DNA from: Utricularia gibba
Lineage: Eukaryota > Plantae > Magnoliophyta
Length of the DNA: 64,000 nt
Assembly: GCA_002189035.1 (NCBI GenBank)
Contig: NEEC01000016.1
Coordinates: 2,170,001-2,234,000, forward strand
Direction: 5' to 3'
Shown here: one piece after another, positions 25,683 to 37,416 of the stretch
Layout: each line of letters opens with the position of its first letter
How positions within the stretch are numbered: position 1 is the stretch's first letter
Position numbers and translations under genes: made by a program
Notes under the pieces: generated by a model
Seen by the model: the letters and a program-made list of their open reading frames with translations, nothing else
The model's database searches: none
What the model was told of the DNA's origin: nothing

Positions 25683-28392
25683 GGATGGTGAGCCCAGAAT
25701 AAGGTACTGACACTTGCCTTTGATCTTACTTGCTTTCTATGTGTTTGGGATGGAATATGAGGATCTGATCGAGGGGATGCCAAGAGATGTATGGAAATGG
25801 GTAAATGATGAGTAACACCGGCAGGAAAGGTCAGCACGGTGCATGCATGGAGGTCATGTGCAGTAGAGGCTAACGCAGAAGTATGCATGGGGAGTATGCG
25901 GCTAGAGCTGGCAATAGAGGCTAGTGTGGAGCGCATGCTCAGCACAAGGACGAGACATCATACGAGCAACATGATGACTAAGTTTGGTGAGGTAGCATGC
26001 GAATAGCGTGCACGATAGAGGCTAACGGGCACTCATAGAGGTTAGCGAGTAAGCAGCTTGCGCAAAGGTTAGATGGTGACCAAGGAAGCATTGCATGTAG
26101 AGGCTAACGAGCATAGAGGTTAGCATGCATACACATTAGTGTGTGCGAGACATTCTCGCAACATGTGCAAGACACGGTGGCAGCACATGTGGTATGGAAA
26201 GATATGGCAAGATTTGGCAAAGACTCGGTCAAGGGAAGTTTCATAATCCAAGGGGAGATCATATCTTGAAGACATTGAAATATCTATATCAAGAATCAAG
26301 GTGAGGCTAACCTCTATAAAAGGACAACGGTAGAAGCCCTCCTTCCCCTCCCACACTCCCACTTCACAAAGGCTATCAAGCCATTGAAAGGCTAGGCGAA
26401 CAGCTAGGGCAAGGAAGGGAATAAGGTGCTTCGATCCAATAAGGGGATTTCAATACGGTTTAGAGGCTAACATGGGTGTTCATTGTGTCAAGGGAATATA
26501 TCAAGGGTACAGTGAGTCAAAAAACATAGAGATCGATGCAATCAAGGGGAGGGAAGGAGAGATGGCCACCTTAACCCAAAGGCAACGTGCTTGTGCGAGA
26601 TTCATGCCACTCAAGGGGCCTTCAGGAATATAAGGATCAAAAGATCATCAAGGGAGGACCTTCAGGTTTGATCAAGGGACATCGATTGATCAAGGGTCAA
26701 GGGATGGGTCTTAGGACCACTATCGGATGTCACACAGATCATAGTTTCTTCTTCTTTATGCATTATGTGATAGGATATCGAGTATAGTACAAGGCTAACC
26801 CTTACGTGTCTCGTAGGAACATTTTCGGAGTGTTGGGTTTCTCGTAGACATCGTATGTCTCAAAAGCAGCGGAATTTTAAAATTTTGAGAAACCCCCAAC
26901 GCAGATCTTGGAATATGGTATACATCAGACTAAGGGATGCTGAAATACCTTTCAGATGACTCCGTTGTTCACCAACCGCCAATAGGAGACGGCCTCTATG
27001 GTATCCACACGTGGAGCACTCCGTCGATAACCTTCTCAAGGCTCTTGAATGCTGGTAGACCCCCTTGTGGATTAGTCTCTGAGAGCACGAAGACCCTTGG
27101 AGCAGATCTTAAAATCTAAATCCTTTTGATAGATATATGGTAACATATCAAATCATATCTCCGTAAAGATTTTATCTTGTGGAGATATGTATATGTTCCA
27201 AATCTTATCTATATATGATCTTTTATTTTGAGTTTAATCAATATTAATCTCAAAATAACTCTCAATTTAATTTATCCACTTTACCAATTACATCTCATGT
27301 AATTGTGTCATTCTATTTTATATCGTTGAGTGACTCCACTATTGTGTATGACCCTATAGGCTTCTTCAATCAAGGCTGTAATAATGGATTTATTAATTAA
27401 ATCTTAATTAATCAAATCCATCATTATCAATCATGAGTGATGTCTAGCAACATATCATGATCCCCAAGATGTAAGAATAATCAGGTGAACTGATTGAGCC
27501 TTTCCATGACCAGCCACCATGCAATGAACATCTTTCATCATATTTATATCTCATTCGATACTAGAACATGGGTGTGTGTCTTTCTGATGTATCGAACTTA
27601 TAATTGTATTCAAGCACTAACACTCAATGACCTACTCAAACAATTCGAGTGTCATTACCCTGGGCCCAGGACTTACTGTTAAGCTTTGATGCAATTACTT
27701 GAGATATGATCTCATCGCTAACATGAGTGATGAATCCTTTATTGATCAATCAACTATCTCCAACCTTAAGGAGTCTCATCCCTACTCATCCATACTAGGC
27801 AAGCCATGGTTAGACTCCCATTAGTAATGAGCGAAAATGTGAGCTTAAGATCAAGATAACTTTGTTGACCTCAAGTCTAAGCTTAATTGCACGGCTGTCA
27901 TATTCGAGATCTTGCTACTGACACTTGGTTAGCTTCCCATAGTAGCATCTCGAAGATGAGTCATCCAATGAATCGATTCTTTAATCGACACCCACACATA
28001 GGTTCTAGTAATCTCATTACATCAATTGTGAGAACCATTGCCTAAACAATTTAGGGAACTCAATGTGTGCCAGCTTATCCGTATTTGTGATATCCTCATT
28101 TCACAAATACTCTAGCTAGGGAGTTTTTAACTTGATCATGAGTGCTTGAAGAATCTCACATTATGATCTCATCATAATTTCTATAGCACATAGATCAAGT
28201 AGAGGATTTTATCAATGATATAAATTTGATCACAATTCAAAGTAAATATCACAAGATAAGATTTGCCAATGAGTTGATTGTCTCTAGAACACATACACTA
28301 ACAGGCAGGATACATCGGATGGGCTAGGCATGGCAGATGGCGAGGGTGGAGCGGCTGAGTGATGGTGTCAAGAGGGTACCTAGAGCGCATCA
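25683..28392 (+). repeat. Tekay-type LTR, family X copy A (about 1.23 kb), split by a nested solo LTR
   Basis: Reverse-complement similarity to 28436-29130 and 33167-33702. Ends in CGCATCA (28386-28392), complementary to the start of the PPT-adjacent copy. No TSD identified. Confidence 0.65.
26831..28303 (-). repeat. Copia (Angela-like) solo LTR, 1473 bp
   Basis: Termini TGTTAGTGTATG...AACCCAACA on the minus strand and a degenerate TSD CGGAG/GGCAG. Removing it restores continuity of LTR X copy A relative to copy B. Confidence 0.65.
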
Positions 28393-28435
28393 CAAAAACC
28401 TTGCTTAATTCCTTATTTTCGTTCCCTTCTTCTTC

Positions 28436-29130
28436 TAAGTACTCCCTTGACACCATCACTTGGCTGCTCCATCCTTTCCAACCACTACGCCTAACCCATC
28501 AGATGTCTCCTCCCCAAATGTTCATACAAGACATGTAAGGGTTAGCCTTGTACTATATTCAATATCCTTTCACGTAATGCGAAAAGAAGAAGAAATTGTG
28601 ATCTGTGTGACATCCGACAGTGGTCCTAAGATCCATTCCTTGATCCTTGATCAATTGATGCCCTTGATCAGACCCAAAGGTCCTCCCTTGATGATCTTTC
28701 AATCCCTATATTCCTGAAGGCCCTTTGAATGACATTAATCCCATGCAAGCGTGTTTCCTTTGGGTTGAAGTGGTCATCTCCCCTTCCCTCCCCTTGATTG
28801 CATCGATTCCTATGTCCCTTGACTCACTATACCCTTGATCTATTCCCTTGACATAATGAACATCCATGTTAGCATCTAAACCATATCAAAATCCCCTTAT
28901 CGGATTGAAGCACCTTCTTCCCCTCCTTGCCTTAACCGTCCACCTAGCCTTTCACCACCTTGATGCCTTCGCAAAGTGGGAGTGTGGGAGGGGAAGGAGG
29001 GCTTCCACCCTTCTCCTTTTATAGAGGTTAGCCTCCGCTTGATTCTCAAAATGAATATTTTCATATCTCTAAGATTTCATCCCCTTGATTCTCGATATGG
29101 ATATTTTCATATCTCCAAGATTTGATCTCC
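28436..29130 (-). repeat. Family X LTR copy B (distal part of the 3' LTR of the Tekay element at 33.2-34.2 kb)
   Basis: Reverse complement of copy A segments 26255-26830 plus 28308-28383. Confidence 0.75.
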
Positions 29131-29135
29131 TTAAT

Positions 29136-31331
29136 TAGACCTGGGCACACATCAGGGTTGACTTGTGAATTCGGCAGGTTGACCTGTCTAGGGTCGGACT
29201 CGTGACTCAGACTCGTGAAAAACAAGTTAGCGTCAAGTCGGCAAACACGAGTTAGTGTCAACCTAGCAAGTTAGGTCTATTTTAAGATTTATTTGATTTT
29301 TTAAATTGTTTTACTAAAACATAGGGTTTGGATTATTGGGCCAATGGCTAAGCCCAATTCTACACTAAACCTAGGCAATGATTTTTCATTCTCAATTACA
29401 CGACCACCAACAACAACTTTGATTTCTTGTTTGAAGCTCTGATTCTGAAACTTTCAACGATCAATCCTTTCTTTTGTTATTTCTGATTCTCTTTTCTCTT
29501 GTTTTGTGCCTGCTAATTGTTTTGAAACCATAGCACAATCACCTTTTCATTTCTGATTCATTATACATTGATTTACACTAGTATAATTCTTGACTTTTTG
29601 GATTTTGATTCTTTAAATGATTAGCCTTGAGTTATTTGATCAAAATATTTTTTTTTTCAGGTTTGGAATTTAGAAATGGCAGAATCACGTCAAATTTTTA
29701 CAGCGACCATTGATATTGATTCTCCTCCAACAGATAACAATGCTTCTGGTTCTAGTGTTGGTGATGTTTCAAATTCATCATCTTTGAAAAAATGACCAAT
29801 TGTTTGGCCAGATCATTTCACCCTCAAGAAAGCTATTCAATAGGTAATATGTAATTGTTGTGGTCAATCATAACAGCATAAAAAAGATAGTAGAACTACT
29901 AATTACTTGAGACATATTACAAATAAACATCCTGATAAGGGTAATTTATTAAGACAATCGAAGTTGAATGTAGTAGGAGGTAATCTTACTTCCACTTTTG
30001 TTTTGATGTTTCTTCATGCCAAATTGAGTATGTGCTTAGTTTACTTGCAAGTGAAAAACCATTTATTGAAATAGAAAATCCTTTCATGAGGCATTTTTAT
30101 GTCAATAGCATGCAACCTAAGTTTGTTCCAATATCTAAAAAAAAGGCTATTAATATAGCAAAAAAAGAATTTTCTATGAGGAAATCGTGTTTACTTTTTC
30201 ATTTGCATCCATGAAATGTAAATTTTGTTTGACTTGTGATGGTTGGCATGGAATTTATGGGAAAGATTATATTGTTTTAACTATTCATCGGATTGATAGC
30301 TAGTGGATAGTGCAAATGCAAATTCTTGGGTTTCAACCAAGGGATTCTCCTCACACATGTACACAAATAGATGAGTTTATTACTAATATTTTCATTGAGT
30401 ATTCAATTCTTAGTTGTATATTCAATATCAATCTTGATAATGTTTCGAATAATTTTGTTGCTATTAGAATTTTAAAGTCCTCTATGAATCCTATGTTAAG
30501 TGGATGTTTTTTTAGTTCTAGACGTATTTTTCATATTCTAAATTTATGTGTGCAAGATGCTATAGGTTTAAATGATATGGAATATGCTTTGGCTTCTATA
30601 CATTATTGGTAAGTAAATTAAAAAAATTTAGTGTTTATAAAGCTTCTTTTAATCAATTCTGTGAAATTAAAAGTATTTCCTTTGGAACTTTAAAAGGAGA
30701 TTCATCCACTAGATGGAATTCTACATTTTTTATGCTTAAATCTTTTTTTCCCTATAAAGATGTTGTTCCATTGTTTTTGACTATACATAGTGAACTAGAT
30801 ATTCAAATTGCTGATGATATTTATGCAAAATTTGATATTCTAGTTGAGTTATTGAAAGTTTTTTTACAAGTATATAAAGAGTTTTGAGTGGTTTTTACTA
30901 TTCTACTACACATCTTGTGCTACCTGCTTTAGCTTCTTTTGCTACCTTTAACAACTTTTCTAACAATGTGATTATTGCTGATGTTATTATCACTATGGTC
31001 AAAAAGTTTTTGAAGTATTTTGAAACCATACCTATGTTATTCCTTGTTGCTAATATGCTTGACCCTCGTGTAAAAGCTGGTGGTTTACAAATGGGATTGA
31101 ATTTGCTTTGTGATTATTTGAATGATTTTAGCTTAGTAGGGAAATGTTTAGATTGTAAACGTATGTATAATAATGCTGTTGAATCATTGTCACATCTTTA
31201 TGATTTATATGAGCTTGATATTGGTAACACAAGATCTAGCCATGAGATCGGTACCTCTACACCTATCTCTAATGATTATTACTCCATGATAGTTGTTTCA
31301 CCAAACATAACCACAAAAGTTAATGAGGTTA
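29136..31331 (+). mobile_element. hAT DNA transposon; left end plus decayed transposase, 3' part lost
   Basis: TIR-like TAGACCTGGGCAC at 29136. BED finger C..C...T..LRHI..KH, FCLTCDGW, NLDNVSNN, HILNLCVQD, TRWNSTF.ML and NMLDPRVK motifs across about 29680-31250; stops and frameshifts. Confidence 0.88.
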
Positions 31332-33166
31332 TATTAAGTGTTATTTTCTAGTTATTATTATGCGTTATTTAGTATTAAGTCACCCAAATTTGGAGTTATA
31401 TTGTCAAGTATTTGATTTAGAAAATTCCTATTTTTATATTTTGTACATATTTTGTTGTCTTTTTTCATGCACTTTTACCCAAATTAGGAGACCAGACATT
31501 GACGTTTCGTGCCTCACACACGACTTTGGTCAATTGTGGGCAGAAGACTGACACTAGTAAGAACCCTTGACTTACGGCATGTCCAAACCTACAGCAATGA
31601 TTGGGGTGCTTACTTGCATGCATGGGAAAGCTAGTGGCACACACAAGATAGAAGGAATGATGGAAGGAGAGCAGAAGAAGTTAATACATGTGGGCAGTGA
31701 ATTAAAACCAACTTGTAATACTTGTTTTTGAACTTTCGACCTTTTGACACTTTGCCTCTAGACTTGAACTTTTAATTCTTCCTCTCCACCAAGGGACGAA
31801 GAACACTTTACCTTTCTGTTTCATTTTCTGTTTTCATGGTCATTCGTTGCTAAACTCTTTTAGTTTTTGGGAATAGATGAAGTTTCCTTCCAAGTTTTGA
31901 GCATTAATCTCATTTCTTTACTGATATTCTTCTGAACTTTGCATACTTTCACACGTCTTGTTGCCGTCTTTCTGTAATGTCTCCTAGTCACGATCCATGA
32001 GTAGCAAGCCACTCCTCGTGAATTTTGATAAAAAGCAAGGTAAAGAGCACCAACTCCTACCCTACCGGTTCGAGGGAAGTAATGAATTGTTTGAGACTGA
32101 GGTACCACGACAATGGACAGGTAGTGACCTTGTACCTGCCATTGATCATTGGCAAAAGTTGGGCACACGTGCAGAATTCGATTTTGAAGGCAATGGATGG
32201 AAATTCTGTTGTCTTCTCAATCATTTAAGGAGGCTATTTCCGTGTCTCCTTGTCAATCAGAGTGTAAGAGAGAGTAGATATTCCTTGCTTCTATAACTAG
32301 CTATTCGGAAGGAATCAGTGAAAGATGAGGCAAGGATAGACAAAAGAAGGAAACAGAATCCATTTCCTAGGAACTGTAACCCTTAGTTAAAGTCCATTAC
32401 TTGCATTATATCTTTTATTTCTATACTTCAAAAACCTCCTTTTACAAACCCGTGACAATTTGTAAAAATATATTGCAAAACACTTTTCGCATAACTCAAC
32501 TCCCTGAAATCGACACTCGTACTATGCTCTTTTGTGTTTTACGTTTTTCTAAATAAAAATTTTTGGCACTGTAGTGCTGGGGAGTTGTGTATTTTTGTGT
32601 TTGGTGTTGTGTATAATTTTTCTTTTTCCTTTCTTTTTCTTTCTTTCTTCTTGTTTTCCTTTTATTTTTGTTTTGCTGCTGTGCTTTTCTGTTCTTATGC
32701 ATTCAGCTCCACCCAAGGACTACTGAAGCTTGAGATCCTACTGGGAAATCCTGTGCCTCTTAGATTCGGAGCAGAACACATTTCTAGCGAAAAAGCGAGA
32801 ATTAATTTCTAGTTCATCTACTAACGAAGAAATGGCTGCTCAACTACCTACTAGACTCCCTATGGTTCACGGAGAACAGGAGCAACAATATCCTCAAATT
32901 TTTCCAATCCTGCCGATCACTAATCATGGCCTAGCACTAAGGACCATTGAAGAAGAAATCACCGCCAACCATGCTGACTGACCACTTTGTATCATCTTTG
33001 ATGCAGAAGTGGACTTTGAGCTTCACCCATATCTATTCCTGACACTTCCTAAGTTTGCTGGGAGAGAAAATGACGACTCAAATCGTCATCTTAGAGAGTT
33101 GCACACGGCTTGTGCATCCATGCACCCAAAAGGTGCAATGGAGAACCAAGTCAAGTTGTGGGTCTT
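31332..33166 (+). mobile_element. Athila-type element 5' end: LTR (about 31332-32555), degenerate tRNA-Asp-type PBS, gag start
   Basis: LTR starts TATTAAGTG and its 3' part resembles the solo LTR at 22 kb. TTTTTGGCACTGTAGTGCTGGGGA is close to the Athila PBS TTTTTGGCGCCGTTGCCGGGGA. Gag FELHPYLFLTLPKFAGREND..NRHLRELHTACASM.P...NQVKLWVF. Confidence 0.8.
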
Positions 33167-34206
33167 TGTCAAATCTTGCCATATCTTGCCATGCCCCACA
33201 TGCACCATGTTTTGCACATACCGCGAGCATGCCTCGCGCATACATGCTAGCCTCTACGCACGCTAACCTCTATGCCCACTAGCCTCTACGCATGATGCTT
33301 CCCTATTCGCTAGCTAACCTCAATGCATGCTGCTTGCCCACTCGTCTCTATGCGGGCCTGCTAGCCTCTGTTGTGCATGTTGTTCGCATGCTACCTTGCC
33401 AAACTTAGTCGTCATGCTGCTCGTACGATGTCTCGCCCTTGTGCTGAGCATGCGCTCCACACTAGCCTCTATCGCCAGCTCTACCCACATGCTCCCCATG
33501 CATACTTCTGCATTAGCCTCTACTGCACATGACCTCCATGCATGCACCGTACTGACCTCTCCCGTTGGTGCTACTCACCATTTACTTCATTTCCATACAT
33601 CTCTCGGCATCCCTCGATCAGACCCTCATATTCCATCCGAAACATATACATACCAAGTAAGATCAAGGGAAAGTGTCGGTAACTTATTCCGGGATCGCAT
33701 AAACTCCCTCACTTGAAGAACTTTCATCCCCGAAACATCACCATTCATGATGGTCAGGTATTCTACCCGTATGACAGTCTCCTTTTCCCAGGTGGATTCC
33801 TCAATGCCGCACCCCATCCATTGTACCTTTACCGATCATACCAGTTTCCTGTTTACCATGGTGACCTTACGATCCAATATCCTCAAGAGCTTATTCTGGT
33901 AAGTCAAGTTCTCCCTTAGCACAAAGTCATTATCCTGATCTCCATGTCTAGCGAGGGGATGTATCTCCTGAGTTGCAAGATATGGAACACATCGTGCATC
34001 GCCCTCATGCTCATGGGAAGGGCGAGTTGGTAGGCTACCTCTCCTACCTGTGCTATTACCTCATACGATCCAATGTACCACAGCCCTAACTTTCCAAAGT
34101 TCTCTTGTCGTGTGACCCCTTTCCATGAGGTGAAACCAACTCGAACTCCATATGATCCTAGTATTAGCTTAAAGACAAATAGAGGTCCCGGAGTGAATAT
34201 GTTCAT
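33167..34206 (-). mobile_element. Tekay element 3' end: integrase C-terminus, chromodomain, PPT and proximal 3' LTR (family X copy C, 33167-33702)
   Basis: GKLGLWYIGSYEVIAQVGEVAYQLALP..M...HDVFH...LRRY and ILDRKV...VKVQW.G..IEESTWE. PPT GAGGGAGT at 33703-33710. Confidence 0.88.
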
Positions 34207-34211
34207 GTAAT

Positions 34212-34860
34212 GGGGAGTGTGATGTATCTAATGAATCATGCCCGACCTGACATAGCGTATGCAGTGGGTAGAATGAGTAGATATACACACAACCCAAATG
34301 AAAGTCATTAGGCAGCTATGAGGTGGTTATTCCTCAAAGGAACAGCTGACCATGACATTCAATATCATAGAGAACCCACTATACTGGAGAGATACAGTGA
34401 TGCTAGTTGGGTATTTGGGACGAAAGAGTCAAAAGCCACAAGTGGAATGATTTTCACATTGGGCAATGGAGGTGTGTCCTAGAAATCCACCAAACGAACC
34501 TTGATATCTAGATCAACAATGAAAGCTGAGTTCATTGCATTAGATCTAGTAGGAATTGAGGTTGAGTAATTAAGAAATTATGTAATGGGAATCCCACTCA
34601 GGCAACACGGATCTTTCTTAGTAGTGCTGCATTGTGACTATCAAGCACCAATTGCCACTACCAAGAATCGATTCTATAATGAAGAAATATACACATGTGA
34701 CTGAGGCATGGAACATTGAGACAGTTGTTGAAAACCAATGTGATATCCGTTGAATACGTGAGAACGTTAGTGAATTTGGCCGATCCACTGACCAAGCCTC
34801 TCAATAGAGAGAAGATATGTGAGCTTTCGAGGGGAATGGGACTAATGCTATTAAGCAAAC
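34212..34860 (+). mobile_element. Ty1/Copia RT C-terminus and RNase H fragment
   Basis: GSVMYL...RPDIAYAVGRMSRY...YSDASW...TSGMIFTLG.G.VS.KS...STMKAEF...HCD.Q...ADPLTKPL; several stops. Confidence 0.85.
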
Positions 34861-36138
34861 GGCAGTGATGGTAACCCAACCTGTGAGAGAAGAAATACCT
34901 TGATCAAGTTCATATGGGTAATAACAAGTCGCTGCTAGTTTTGAGAACACAACTCATTGCAAGTGATCGTTCCTATGTAATATGTGTTCTACCTGCAAAG
35001 TGAAGGATGAGTACTTACTCTTAATGTTTCTGTCACTGATGAAATTCAATAACACATATAAGCAAGGTGTGTTAGGCAGAGACACCTATATAAGTGTGAA
35101 GGATAGTCGTTCCTATGAGATGTATGTGATCTTTAGAGCACTTATGAATCAATAAGAGCTGCACCAGACTTATGATGTGATTGACTATACCTATAAATTA
35201 CAAAATAGTATTCATTCATAGAAATACAATTTCACCGTCTATTTAGTAATATATGTGTAAGGCTCTTAGGGCTGTTGCTTTGGTGCATGCCAATGCCCTC
35301 ACCATCCTTAAGGTTGCTCTTGTCATCATCACCCCTCATCAACTAAGCCTCATCCTCTTTTGAAGGTAAAATTGATACAGTTGGCTTGCCCTCACTCCCA
35401 TAGCCCATCAAGAACCACTCACACAATCCCTCTTATCATTCTCTAGTTGTCTTTGAAAAGCTCATTCCACATCTCCTCTACCTCAAGCTCAAAAGTGCTC
35501 TCCACCATCCCACACTTGCCATTTTATATCCACACCCACGGCTTTGGTGTAGTCGTCCCTTTATCCATTCCTACATACAAGTGACCAAAGTGACCATGAC
35601 CTGACCCTCTTGCTCTCCTTTGTAAGTCACTTTATCTGCATTGCCAGTGCATGCCAACTCTTAATACTGCTCATCATTCCCTTGATCTTGGCTCACCAAT
35701 GACCCACATGGTGCACTCACACTCCCCACCAGTTGCCCATTTATTTATTTCAAAAAAGCAAAACTCTAGGGATTTATAAATATTAAAATAATGAAGGTTA
35801 ATTATAGCAAATAATAGAACTTAATTATGTATGGTATTTAAACAATGTAAACAAAAAAAAATATCTAAAACATAAAATAATGTATAATTTTGCTAATAAA
35901 GACAGAATATGCACTTTATATTAAATAATTAGGATTAATTATATCAAATTAAATATTTAGATTTTTGGTGTGAGTGTCACACAATCCAATTCATCCATTT
36001 ACACCTTTATGTTTAATTATATGATTTAATTTACACTAAATTTGATTAATTATTACTTACAGAACACGCCAGATAAATAGGGATTACCAGACCCCCTTCT
36101 GTTTTGTCGGCCAATGGATTTGGGGATGTAGGTGAGAA

Positions 36139-37106
36139 ATGGAGGTGGGCAGCGTCGAAGTAGTTCTCGAGAGGATATGGGACTTGCACGACAAGCTCAG
36201 CGACGCCATACACATCACTTCTCGAGCACATTTTCTGAATTCCGTCAAGGATCCATCCCGGAAATCCCGTGAATTCTGTTTTCCACAGAGGAAGAAATCG
36301 GCGGCCGATGATGATGATTCTGATGAGCCGGAGGACAAAAACGGGCCAGGATTCGGGTTCATGAGGGAGTTTCAGTTGGGTGAAGATGGGCCCGCCGTTC
36401 AGGAAGCCAAGAGTTTGTACGCTATTCGAACTGCTTTGGAGAATCTGGAGGACCAGCTCGAGTTCTTTCGTGTGAGTGAGTGATCAGTAGTATCTGGTTT
36501 GATTTAATTTAAGCTGTTTCTGGTATGTGTTGATTTTTTAATTTTCTTAATGCGGATGGTGTCCATTCATTTGTCACTTTGTTTACGTGGATGCTTTATG
36601 GGATTCTGTTGACAGACGGTGCAGATTCAGCAACGTGCGGAGCGGGATTCTGCCATTGCTGGTTTGGAGCAATGTCGCATCATTCTTGCAATGAGATTGG
36701 CTGAGCATCGGGGTAGGAAGTACAAAGTCATTGAGGAAGCACATGCCTTGCTGGGAGATGTGAGAAATGCGGGAGTTTTCATCCCCCTGAACATTTGTAT
36801 GCATCAACTCGTTATCCTTTAGGCGAGGGGTCTATGCCATCAGCAGAGAAGAAGCCAAATGCTCTTGGCAGCTTCAATTTTTTTTCTAAGCTCCTGAGGT
36901 TGGATGGTGCTGTCGGGATTATGGGAAATGCTGCCCTCTTTGCTCTAAGCATGCTTGCTCTGTTACATGCGAACCGAAGAAGCTCCCAGGAGAAATTCAT
37001 GTTACACCCGGAAGATCAGGGAAAGATGAAGAAATGTTCCAACCTGCTCGGTTCTTCAGCTCTTGATGCTTTGAAACCCCTGGATGTGATGCTGTCGCGG
37101 GGTTGA
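36139..37106 (+). CDS. PDV1: PLASTID DIVISION1 (outer-envelope division protein); exons 36139-36471 and 36616-37106; apparent 1-bp deletion at 36783-36787
   Basis: VLERIWDLHDKLSDAIH, QEAKSL.AIRTALENLEDQLEFF, LEQ.RI.LAMRLAEH.G..Y.VIEEA, TM GNAALFALSMLALLH and terminal LDVMLSRG all match PDV1. Confidence 0.92.
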
Positions 37107-37416
37107 GATGATGAGGAGAAGCTGTTTGGCTGCTCATCATCTCATGAAACCAATGTTAGGAGACATGAGTTTGTCCTGGCTTATGCATATCATTTCTTAT
37201 GACACATGAATTTGCTTGGTACAAGTGGTTGCATTGTCGAAAAAGAGAAGCTGCGGGAGCAACAACGACTTGGGATTCCTGCACTTTTCGTACTCGGTGA
37301 TCGGGGTTCTTAACTTTTATTCCAGAAAAACACACAAACTTGCCTCAATGTCGTATGCGGCTCAAATGCAATATGGAAAACAGCAAAACGCGAATACACA
37401 CACGGGGTAGTTGACG

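Noticed and set aside
28308-28510. 72-bp hairpin as a miRNA precursor or small foldback MITE
   Set aside because: It is the innermost part of two inverted copies of the same LTR, the mismatches are mostly transitions typical of TE decay, and there is no TSD.
36797-36822. 26-nt GT-AG intron that would repair the PDV1 frame
   Set aside because: Far below the plant minimum intron size, and it would remove residues of the conserved PEHLY segment.
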